A stretch of DNA of 64,000 bases from a virus (taxonomy: Duplodnaviria > Caudoviricetes): the IMG/VR virus record IMGVR_UViG_3300028582_000252, positions 1-64,000 of that record; one strand, given 5' to 3'. Under the pieces are notes generated by a model, which was given only the letters and a program-made list of their open reading frames with translations, was not told the origin of the DNA and searched no databases. A program made the position numbers and the translations under genes. This document shows, in pieces, positions 1 through 8,548 of this stretch. Position 1 is the stretch's first letter; each line of letters starts with the position of its first letter.

Positions 1-3000
1 TTATATTGTAAATGCAAGCTGTCCTTCTTTATCAAGATTAATATTTCCATAAATATCAATCTTTTTATACTTTTCTAAAAATCCATTATACGTAACTTGC
101 CCCTTGAAGAATTTTAATATTTCTGATTCATTGGCATCACAATATTTTGCATTTTCACCGCATTCAACTGATTCCAAATCTGCTATTGTTTCACGCGCAG
201 TTATTTGCTTTCTCTCTTCCGTTGTTATTGGCACCGGGAAAAGGTCTGAAGGTGAAATCTTTATATCGTTCCTTGTGCAGATAATAAACACTCTCTTTCT
301 TTTTTGTGGAACCGCATAATCACTTGCCATCAAGGTTCTACCTTCAGTACTATATCCTAACTCAGTAAATAATTTATTTACTTCTCGATATGTTTTCCCG
401 CTCTGGTAGCTGAGAAGCCCCTCAACATTTTCAAAAACAATAACCTTAGGATTTACCCTTTTTACAATGTCAACAAATTCTCTAAATAGCTGATTCCTAG
501 GGTCATCATCTGCCCTGAACCCTGCCATAGAAAACCCCTGACAAGGCGGCCCCCCGCAAATAATATCTGCATGTCCTTCTTTTGCTGCTTTTTCTATTGT
601 AGCCTTTGTTTCAGCCTTTGTTATATCACCACAAAATACATTTATTTCCGGATTATTAATTTTTAAGGTTGTACAGGCACTTTCTTCAATATCATTACTC
701 AATAATGATTCGATTCCAGCCGCTTTAAATCCAGCAGTCATTCCTCCTGCACCGCAAAACAAATCAATCGATTTTGAGCAACCTGTAATATCCTTTATGC
801 GTGTTCCAATTTGGTAAGCAAGTAACGTTGGTACTGCATTACCAACCTGCTTTAGGCATTGTGTTTTATTTCCATAAAAATAATAATCGTCTTTAAAAGC
901 TTGAAATCTTGCGGCTTCCCTTACTGATAACACCCTCTCATGAACTGGGTGAACATATGTCCCATTACCAGGTCTATTGAAATAGGTTGTTATCGTGTAA
1001 CTAGGTTTTTCATAATCAATTCTTCCATACAGTGTTGTACGTCCACCAGTTTCAGTTATTCTCTTTAGTCTTTTAGATTTATTAACAGTTTCAATAGGGA
1101 TATCTTTCCAGCTACCCCCTTGTGGAACATTCTTTATCATTTCCAAATCCAAGTTGCTTAGTTTGAAAGTCGTATGATTAAGAATATGCCCTTTATACAA
1201 TGCCATAAACTTTGTTGTTATACCTTTAGCCACATTAATTTCAAACTTGCTAAGTCCATTCAAATGATTGTCAAGGCTGATCTCACCACTTAAAATCTTA
1301 TGTGACTCTTCATATTTAATGCCCGTGATTATACACTGTAAAGCATTATAATAATCATTTATACATTTAGTTTCATTCATTTTCTTTTCTTCCGGTTCAC
1401 TTATTATACCATAGGCCTTTTTGGCTAGTAACTCTATCTCGTCAATTAAATTTTCGGTTTCTTCTTTTAAATATTGCTGTGTAAGTTTTGAAATCACCTT
1501 TAATTCAGGCGCTTCAACAGGGATTGGAAAACAATCTATTTCGTAATTGTTAATATGATTATTACTACTAGTCATCTTAAATAGCCAATTAATAATTTTT
1601 GTATTAAACAATCCGAGCAAAGCATAAATGTCTATTTCGTACCTGTTCTGTGAAACAGAAATAAAATTACAAGAGTTGCCTAACACATAGTTACATGGCG
1701 CAAAAGCAAATTTAACTCTTCGCTCTTTATTCATATTTGCAATCTGTTGACAAATAATCCTGTCTTGCTCTATGTAATACTTTTTTGGAGTAGTGGAAAC
1801 AAATTCATTTGACACATAAACTTCTTCCTGGGGGTACAATAGTTTATAATATCCAATATCTCTACCTCTCAATAGTGGATACCCGGTATTACTCTCAACA
1901 ATACTGCCTTTATTTGTAGTTAAATCAAGCTCACCACGTAAATTTACTACGAAATCCAAGTCTTTAACTACCGGGAATTTTCTTAACTTTTTTAATATTT
2001 GATATTCCTCTGCCGATACCGCAATTATCGCATTCCCAGTATTTTCATTAATAATATCGTCAATTGATACTACTGCTACATCTGTTGGCTTTCTATAGAA
2101 ATCTTTAGTAATTATTACAGTTTTAGTTTTTTCACCCTTCTTCAATAGAATTGCACTCAAAGCTTGCTGTGCATCAATAAAACCGCTTCCTTCTTCAATT
2201 ACTTTAACCGAGATTATTTTCATATCTTTTAAAATGTGTGTTCGTAATCTCATGCATGTTTTGTCTGACATTATTGATGAAGGAACAAGCAAACTAATAT
2301 ATGCATGCTCATTTGCATATTGATCAATGATTTCCTCAACAAATAATTTATAAAGATTCAATACACCAGTTGTAGAATATTTAAATTTTCCGGATACAAT
2401 TTTTGATATTTCGGCGTATTTATTCTTATCGCTGTTATGCTCCTCTTCGTTACTATATTGACCTTTTTCAGCTTTCAAGTTCTTATATGGTGGATTAGTT
2501 GCTATTATATCAAATCCATCTTTTACAATATCTGCCGTGAAAACATCATTGATACTAATATACTCCAATGTGGATGATGTAACATCCACTAATAATCCAG
2601 ACCCTATATGCTCCGAGAAATACAAATCTGGTAATTCAATATTCCAAAATGCTAGTGCCAATAGTTTCAATGACTTTTTATACCCTTCAAGTGCATCCTT
2701 ATTTACATCTGCTACATAAATATTATTAAGAAGAATCATTGCTTCATCACTGCTAATTCCCGTATTCCTTACGGCTTTAATATATGAAAAAACAAAGTTG
2801 CCAGCACCAACACAGGGTTCAAAAAAACGATATTGAACTATTCTCTTGTCACTTCTCTTTAGATTATCAACTAATTCTCCCATCATAACATCTGTTAACT
2901 TCAAATCTGTATAGTAGCTTCCCGTTCTTTTGCGAACTAAATCATCCATCTCTGTTTCAATAAATTTACCTCTATTATTCAAGGAAGCCCACATTCCTAT

Positions 3001-3057
3001 TTCGTCTATATTATACACGTCGCTCTCCTTATACAACTTCGCTACCATATAATGCAA
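1..3057 (-). CDS. Fused m6A + circularly permuted m5C DNA methyltransferase (Alw26I/Eco31I/Esp3I family)
   Basis: N-half has FFEPCVGAGNF and NPPY. C-half has motifs IX/X (REAARFQAF, QVGNAVP) before I (DLFCGAGG), IV (GPPCQGFS), VI (ENV) and VIII (QKRKR). Stop codon at 1-3. Confidence 0.9.
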   Translation of the reverse strand: MHYMVAKLYKESDVYNIDEIGMWASLNNRGKFIETEMDDLVRKRTGSYYTDLKLTDVMMGELVDNLKRSDKRIVQYRFFEPCVGAGNFVFSYIKAVRNTGISSDEAMILLNNIYVADVNKDALEGYKKSLKLLALAFWNIELPDLYFSEHIGSGLLVDVTSSTLEYISINDVFTADIVKDGFDIIATNPPYKNLKAEKGQYSNEEEHNSDKNKYAEISKIVSGKFKYSTTGVLNLYKLFVEEIIDQYANEHAYISLLVPSSIMSDKTCMRLRTHILKDMKIISVKVIEEGSGFIDAQQALSAILLKKGEKTKTVIITKDFYRKPTDVAVVSIDDIINENTGNAIIAVSAEEYQILKKLRKFPVVKDLDFVVNLRGELDLTTNKGSIVESNTGYPLLRGRDIGYYKLLYPQEEVYVSNEFVSTTPKKYYIEQDRIICQQIANMNKERRVKFAFAPCNYVLGNSCNFISVSQNRYEIDIYALLGLFNTKIINWLFKMTSSNNHINNYEIDCFPIPVEAPELKVISKLTQQYLKEETENLIDEIELLAKKAYGIISEPEEKKMNETKCINDYYNALQCIITGIKYEESHKILSGEISLDNHLNGLSKFEINVAKGITTKFMALYKGHILNHTTFKLSNLDLEMIKNVPQGGSWKDIPIETVNKSKRLKRITETGGRTTLYGRIDYEKPSYTITTYFNRPGNGTYVHPVHERVLSVREAARFQAFKDDYYFYGNKTQCLKQVGNAVPTLLAYQIGTRIKDITGCSKSIDLFCGAGGMTAGFKAAGIESLLSNDIEESACTTLKINNPEINVFCGDITKAETKATIEKAAKEGHADIICGGPPCQGFSMAGFRADDDPRNQLFREFVDIVKRVNPKVIVFENVEGLLSYQSGKTYREVNKLFTELGYSTEGRTLMASDYAVPQKRKRVFIICTRNDIKISPSDLFPVPITTEERKQITARETIADLESVECGENAKYCDANESEILKFFKGQVTYNGFLEKYKKIDIYGNINLDKEGQLAFTI

Positions 3058-3371
3058 TTAATGAAGTTCGACAAATCACTTCAATTAGTATATTATGCTC
3101 TTTTCAATGGTTATAGCAAGTAAAATCGAATCTATTAATCACTCTAATTCTTATCAACTAGCGCCTTTAGATTAGCCTATTATACATCTAAACTATCAAC
3201 TCAATTATGGAAATCTATGCATCCCATCAGCACGCTTCGCCTTTGATTATACCATCAAGTCGACCCTCTGAATGCCTTTGATTTTACTTGTTTTCCGGCA
3301 TCCCCAGGGTTCATATTTTTCTTTGATGCAAACCACGCAACCTATTGATTTCAAGCCTTTTGTACACTATC

Positions 3372-3410
3372 CTATTTTATCTTTGACATCAATACAACAC
3401 TCTCAACGTG
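3372..3410 (-). other. Orphan rlmD/rumA-like 3' end; inferred att junction (left boundary of element B)
   Basis: Minus strand CACGTTGAGAGTGTTGTATTGATGTCAAAGATAAAATAG = HVESVVLMSKIK*, the C-terminal motif of TrmA/RlmD methyltransferases, with no upstream gene body. Similar to 33268-33309. Confidence 0.8.
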
Positions 3411-3491
3411 CCTCGAGACGACAACAGGCACGTCGTTTAAACTCGGTCGATAATGGTATCTGTTTCTTATCTTTAATTACAATCTGGTCGT

Positions 3492-3623
3492 TTACAGTAA
3501 ACTTATTTCTATGATGTATTCCGGTGTTACTGATATTTCTCCTCCGTGCAGTGTGACTATCTTTTTTGCGACCGCAAGCCCGAGCCCTGCACCGCCGGTA
3601 TCAGATGAACGTGCTTCATCCAG
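3492..3623 (-). pseudogene. 3' fragment of a VanS-like sensor histidine kinase (HATPase_c G2 box)
   Basis: Unlisted minus frame reads LDEARSSDTGGAGLGLAVAKKIVTLHGGEISV...*; the upstream kinase sequence is absent. Confidence 0.75.
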
Positions 3624-3717
3624 ATATGCTCCGGCTATATGCGGAAAATTATCCAAAGGCAAAATCAATCGAAAATGTCTGACCGAAGGTCACAAAAATA
3701 CCGAAAGCCAGAATAAC

Positions 3718-3757
3718 AATTTCCCATATTTCAGATATTTTTATTTTTGGGAAATAG
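3718..3757. repeat. 40-bp palindromic site, copy 1 (overlaps the stop of the AAA gene)
   Basis: aATTTCCCA-N21-TGGGAAATag; 29/40 identical to 4991-5030 without gaps. Confidence 0.8.
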
Positions 3758-4955
3758 TCTTTTGGTCTTTTCTCAGCCAATTCGCTACATCGACTATTTT
3801 TATTCCTTCATATTGATAATCCTCATGTCTTGTTCTGGCGATCAAAATCTTAGGATAGGCGTCCTTAATCTGTAAAAGAGGAGTTATCTCCCTTTTAAAA
3901 GTACTTTCACCGGAAATATCATCTGAAACCTGAACATAAAATTTCTCATCATGCTTCATTGCAACAAAATCGATTTCTTTTTTATAAAGAACACCGGTAT
4001 AGATTTCATATCCTCTACGCATCAGTTCAATGGCAACTATATTCTCAATCATTCTGCCATAGTCCATATTTCTTGTTCCCAGCTTTGCATAGCGGAATGC
4101 ATGGTCACTCAGATAATACTTATCGCTTGAGGCAAGATATTTTTTTCCACGAATGTCATATCTTCTGACTTTATAAAAGGCAAAAGCATTACATAAATAT
4201 TCCAAGTATTTTCCAACCGTCTTATGGTTGATCCTGTCATTGTTTTTCGTCATAGTATCTGCAATCTGACGAATAGAGGACAGATTTGCAACGTTGTCCA
4301 TCAGGAAATCTGATATACGATCCATCAATACAGTTTTTCTGATTTTGTACTTTTGCCTGATATCACGAATAATCAGCGTATCAAATACATCTTCGATATA
4401 GTGATACCGTTCTTCCTGCTCACGGTACACATAAGAGCCTGACAAACCGCCATCTTTTATATATCTGTCGAACGCTTTGTCCATATCTTCAAGCTGATAA
4501 TATTCCACATACTCTTCAAAGGAAAACGGGAATATCTCTATCTCATAGGTTCTTCCGGTAAACAGCGTCGCCAGATCACTGCTTAATAAAAATGCATTAG
4601 ATCCTGTAACATAAATATCATATTTTCCAGAAGAATGCAGACTGTTTATCGTAAGTTCAAATTGCGGACACATCTGTACTTCATCCGCAAAGAGATAATT
4701 ACTCTTTCCCCACTGATAGTGTTCCTCTACATATTTATTAAGAGCATGATATTCTTTTAAATCTTCAAATTGCAAACTGGTATAGTCAATATAGATAATG
4801 TTTGCATCTTTATCTGTATTTTCAAGCCATTCAATGTAACTTTCCATCAGCCTTGACTTGCCGCTGCGCCTGACGCCTGTAATTACTTTAATATCCGGAG
4901 TGCCTTTCAAACGTTTCAGTTTCTCAAGATAAGTGCTTCGCTCTATTATCTTCAT
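3741..4955 (-). CDS. AAA_14 ATPase with DUF4143 (wHTH + PD-(D/E)xK-like) C-terminus
   Basis: Walker A GVRRSGKS, Walker B FADEVQ, TGSNA, GG motif, C-terminal EIDFV..YVQV; GAGG RBS. Confidence 0.9.
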   Translation of the reverse strand: MKIIERSTYLEKLKRLKGTPDIKVITGVRRSGKSRLMESYIEWLENTDKDANIIYIDYTSLQFEDLKEYHALNKYVEEHYQWGKSNYLFADEVQMCPQFELTINSLHSSGKYDIYVTGSNAFLLSSDLATLFTGRTYEIEIFPFSFEEYVEYYQLEDMDKAFDRYIKDGGLSGSYVYREQEERYHYIEDVFDTLIIRDIRQKYKIRKTVLMDRISDFLMDNVANLSSIRQIADTMTKNNDRINHKTVGKYLEYLCNAFAFYKVRRYDIRGKKYLASSDKYYLSDHAFRYAKLGTRNMDYGRMIENIVAIELMRRGYEIYTGVLYKKEIDFVAMKHDEKFYVQVSDDISGESTFKREITPLLQIKDAYPKILIARTRHEDYQYEGIKIVDVANWLRKDQKTISQK

Positions 4956-4989
4956 TCATGCCACCTCTTCCGAATTTATTGTATCAGTT

Positions 4990-5030
4990 CTATTTCCCAA
5001 TATCAATATTATTTTGATTTTGGGAAATAG
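4990..5030. repeat. 41-bp palindromic site, copy 2 (upstream of the AAA gene)
   Basis: CTATTTCCCAA-T-ATCAA-N7-TTGAT-T-TTGGGAAATAG. Confidence 0.85.
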
Positions 5031-5090
5031 GGTCCTATATTTCTTTTAGTACATTATTGACCAGTATCATATTTTCTCCCCTATCAAATT

Positions 5091-5309
5091 CTAATTTGTA
5101 TATTCCCACTTTGACGAGAATTCCTTTGCAAGTGCTATAATCTGATCGTAATTCATAACATTGGACAGGCGTTTCTTTCCATTCAGAGCAAGCAGCCTCA
5201 TCTGGGTAGTGACACTACCCAGTTCATTATTGTTTTTTATAAGTTTCGCTTTCAGATATTTCCAATAAATAGCGCCCAGCTGAAAGCCAGACGCTAAAGT
5301 CATTTTCAC
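5091..5309 (-). pseudogene. Fragment resembling the BRO-like N-terminal domain of Firmicutes Fic proteins
   Basis: YWKYLKAKL..NNELGSVTTQMRLLALNGKKRL..YDQIIALAKEF; too short to be complete. Confidence 0.5.
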
Positions 5310-5425
5310 TTTTCTATCTCAACCTTGATCCCTGCTTTGAACTCCACCTCGTAATAACTGTCATAAACAGTGATACGCTCAATATACCTGCGAACCATCT
5401 GTTCATCATAGTCAATAAGCATATC
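5306..5425 (-). pseudogene. C-terminal 39 codons of a large serine recombinase
   Basis: Unlisted frame DMLIDYDEQMVRRYIERITVYDSYYEVEFKAGIKVEIEK* aligns with the end of 37469-39037 ([27 protein letters not shown]). Confidence 0.85.
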
Positions 5426-6564
5426 TCACTATAATCTTCATCTTCTATTTTTGCTCCTACGGCGCATGCAAACAAACTTGTAATAAGAATGTATTTATCT
5501 TCCTCGTCTCCCGGTGGGAAGACAAGAACGAAAGCTGTGATATCGGTAGTAGACGAAAGGTCCAGTCCTCCGTAGCAGACCCTGCCTTCAAGAGATTTTT
5601 CATCAACGGGGAACGCGCATGCATCCCATTTATCCATAGGCATCCATCTCACCGACTGCTTCACCCACTGATCCAGTCTTAGCTGCCTGAATGCATTCTC
5701 TTCTCCTGGGTTCTGTTTTGCCGATTCACATGCGGCTTCGACCTTATCGATCCCGATCGTAATGCCAAGAGAGGGATTTGCTTTCTTCCATACCTCCGGA
5801 TCTGTCCAGTCATCATTTACATCAGCGCCATATATCACAGGGTAGAATGTAGGATCTACTTTTCTCCCTTCCAGTATGTCCTTTGCTTTCTGATGTGTCT
5901 CATAACATATGGAGTTGGTATCGCTCCCTGCTGTAGTTATGAGAAAGTATAGAGGCTGCATCCTTGCGTCTCCGGAGCCTTTTGTCATTACATCGAACAG
6001 TTTCCTGTTAGGCTGCGTATGGAGTTCGTCGAATACTACACCGTGAATATTGAAGCCGTGTTTGGAATATGCTTCTGCCGATAATACCTGATAAAAGCTG
6101 TTCGTCGGTTGGTAAATTATCCGCTTCTGCGATGCCAGTATCTTTACCCTCTTTGCGAGCGCGGGACACATCTTGACCATGTCTGCTGCCACATCAAATA
6201 CGATCGCAGCCTGCTGCCTGTCTGCAGCGCATCCATACACTTCAGCGCGCTGTTCATTGTCCCCGCAGCAGAGGAGAAGCGCTACCGCTGCAGCAAGCTC
6301 AGACTTGCCATTTTTTTTGCTGATCTCAATATATGCAGTGTTGAACTGCCTATATCCATTAGGCTTTAGGATCCCAAAGATATCTCGCACGATTCTTTCC
6401 TGCCAGTCGATAAGCTCGAACGGCTTTCCGGCCCAGGTGCCTTTGGTATGACATAGGCACTCAATGAAACCGACTGCGTAATCGGCAGCGTTTTCGTTAT
6501 ATGAGGACTTTTCGGCCATGAACTTTGTCGGTTTGTATTCTTTAAGCTTTCTCAATCCTTTCAC
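5314..6564 (-). pseudogene. terL: Truncated terminase large subunit (similarity stops at ~5485, ~360 aa)
   Basis: Nearly collinear with 58008-59609 up to FVLVFPP.DE.DK(Y/F).L, then unrelated read-through; most of the nuclease domain is missing. Confidence 0.9.
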
Positions 6565-6636
6565 CCCAATAAAAATAGCAGCCGTAGCTGCTGCACTGCC
6601 AAAAGAGCCCTGAGGCTCTGATGGCTCTATTCCATT

Positions 6637-6876
6637 TTACAGTTCCGTGAACAATGAATGCCCGAAACACTCTCTGCAGTCTTTACATAGCAGATCTTCA
6701 AAATCGCCTTCCGCGAGGCTTCCGCAGTATCTGCAGAGATGATGTCCTTTGACAGGGGCGATGACGAGGATCTTCTCGCCTTTTGATTCAAGCACTTTTC
6801 TTATGCTTTCCAGTTCGTCCTTCCTCACATTGCCGCTTTCATAGACATGCTCTTCCGTCTGGATATAATATTTCAT
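6637..6876 (-). CDS. Small hypothetical phage protein with CxxC..CxxCxxC (possible Zn finger)
   Basis: AGGAGG RBS; CRYC and CKDCREC motifs. Confidence 0.7.
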   Translation of the reverse strand: MKYYIQTEEHVYESGNVRKDELESIRKVLESKGEKILVIAPVKGHHLCRYCGSLAEGDFEDLLCKDCRECFGHSLFTEL

Positions 6877-6892
6877 ATGGTCCTCCTTCGGA

Positions 6893-7162
6893 TCAGGCTT
6901 CGATCTCAGAGTGCTTCACGATCAGCCTGTTTACCTGACAGTCAAAATCATGTACTGCCATCCCCAATGCCCTCATCTTTGCAGCGGCTATCGTTATGTC
7001 CTCGATATGCGAAGCGTATCCAGCTCCGAAGTTTTCAGCCTGTGACCAGTCCATTTTCTCAAGGCATTCTATAGCTTCCTTCCTTGCTCTTTCGAACTGC
7101 TGCGTCGCTTCATTGAAATCGTAGATGAGGCTTTCTCTGTATGCTTTCATGTTCTTATCCAT
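6893..7162 (-). CDS. Hypothetical phage protein
   Basis: AGGGAG RBS before MDKNMK; follows the conserved promoter-like motif. Confidence 0.65.
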   Translation of the reverse strand: MDKNMKAYRESLIYDFNEATQQFERARKEAIECLEKMDWSQAENFGAGYASHIEDITIAAAKMRALGMAVHDFDCQVNRLIVKHSEIEA

Positions 7163-7192
7163 TCCTTTATTCTCCCTTCTTTTCGGTATGTG

Positions 7193-7222
7193 TATATTCG
7201 CTCTTAAGAACACATATATCAA
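7193..7222 (-). promoter_or_regulatory. TTG(A/C)TA-N12-AGAG-N-(G/T)AWW promoter-like motif, copy 1 of 5
   Basis: Same spacing at 8506-8535, 41027-41056, 59965-59994 and 61272-61301, each just upstream of a gene start. Confidence 0.7.
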
Positions 7223-7264
7223 GTCATTTATGGAAGAAATACTAATAGATACTGCAGCTGATGG

Positions 7265-7441
7265 CTACTCTCCTGTGATTATGAAATGGACATATCCGTC
7301 TTTGTCGTCTTCGATGTAATTGACAAGTTCATACATATCCAGGTCGTATGCGATCTTTTGAACGGCATTGATATCGAACATGTTAGTAAGTCCCGTATCT
7401 CTTACTGCGAGGATCTGCTTCTTTACTTTCTCATTCATCAT
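7265..7441 (-). CDS. DUF5049-like small phage protein
   Basis: QILAVRDTGLTNMFD..VQ..A; paralog of 60020-60205. Confidence 0.8.
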   Translation of the reverse strand: MMNEKVKKQILAVRDTGLTNMFDINAVQKIAYDLDMYELVNYIEDDKDGYVHFIITGE

Positions 7442-7820
7442 CCGTACACACCTCCAGTCCGGCCATAAGGTCGAGATATACGGAAGTGTACCGCGCGCGC
7501 TCACACCCGTCGCAGGCTGCCATTGCCTCAAGGTAAAACGCCTTTGCGTCGTCACGACTGTCCCAGATGTCTGTTCCTCCATAACATATGACAGTAACGG
7601 AATCGAGTATCCTGCAGGTGTCTTCACCGTAGATCACATTAAGGCCGGAGCCGTTGTCCCACCTGACCATGATAGAGCCGGTGTCGTCGACTCCTTTCAC
7701 AGTACCATGTGTGCCGGCAGGAGGTGCCTGCGGATCGTTCATATGTATAAGTTCGACTCTTGCGCCTTCCTTATACTTGTTCCGTATTTCTTTTACCTTA
7801 TCTCTGTTCGGAAACATCAT
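7431..7820 (-). CDS. DUF4314-like phage protein
   Basis: GARVELIHMNDPQAPPAGTHGTV..VDDTGS..V.WDNGSGL; paralog of 60195-60584. Confidence 0.8.
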   Translation of the reverse strand: MMFPNRDKVKEIRNKYKEGARVELIHMNDPQAPPAGTHGTVKGVDDTGSIMVRWDNGSGLNVIYGEDTCRILDSVTVICYGGTDIWDSRDDAKAFYLEAMAACDGCERARYTSVYLDLMAGLEVCTDDE

Positions 7821-8463
7821 GGTCCGCACCTCCTTTGAATGCCGACGATCCGCTGAGTCTCTCAAGCAGGATCTTCCTGTCTGCCTTGTATCCGTCACCG
7901 ATGAATCCCAATTTGAGGAGAAAACATCTGAATGCGTATTTCTGATTACCGGCAGGTTTGTCTTTCGCAGTGATCCGCTTCTGCGCCTTCGCGGTATTGG
8001 CAAGCGCTGAAACGAAATCCGTGTATGCTGTTACGTGTTCCGCATCTATCTTTCCGTTGAACCAGTTGAACGATACTTTATCGCCGCTCTTCTCAAGAGC
8101 AAGGTCGTCCGCGCCGAATGCCGCCTTTATAAGGCTTTCCTTTGATGCGATCAGTTGCTCGAGCTTTTCAAGCTCCTCTTCCGTGAATCCGTGCAGCGGA
8201 AGCGATATGACTATACTGTCCTTCTGCTTGTCCGGCTCACCACCCGGAGCAGTGAACCCGTCTGCGGCCAGGTTGTGCTCAAGACGCTCAAGAGCGTCGG
8301 CATCGTCCGAAATGACCGCGCCATCTCTGTCGACCGTAAAAACTCCGACTGTGTACTCGTATGAAGGTGTCCCTCCATACACCGGTTCGCATCCCGTGAT
8401 CTTTGCTATGGCATCGACCAGGGCCTTTCTTTCTTTCCCTTTTACGCTGTATTCCGCTTTCAT
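7798..8463 (-). CDS. Conserved phage protein (often annotated virulence-related protein)
   Basis: NQKYAFRCFLLKLGFIG..YK.DRKILL..LSGSSAFK; paralog of 60568-61227. Confidence 0.8.
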   Translation of the reverse strand: MKAEYSVKGKERKALVDAIAKITGCEPVYGGTPSYEYTVGVFTVDRDGAVISDDADALERLEHNLAADGFTAPGGEPDKQKDSIVISLPLHGFTEEELEKLEQLIASKESLIKAAFGADDLALEKSGDKVSFNWFNGKIDAEHVTAYTDFVSALANTAKAQKRITAKDKPAGNQKYAFRCFLLKLGFIGDGYKADRKILLERLSGSSAFKGGADHDVSEQR

Positions 8464-8505
8464 TGATCTACCTCCTTGTTTATGAAGCCTTTGTTTTGTA
8501 CATAC

Positions 8506-8535
8506 ATATATCCCTCTAAAAGACACATATAGCAA
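8506..8535 (-). promoter_or_regulatory. Promoter-like motif copy 2
   Basis: Minus strand TTGCTA TATGTGTCTTTT AGAG GGATATAT. Confidence 0.7.
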
Positions 8536-8548
8536 GGTTTATCTCCAC

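Noticed and set aside
3511-3816. Plus-strand 101-aa ORF
   Set aside because: Antisense shadow of the kinase fragment and the end of the AAA gene.
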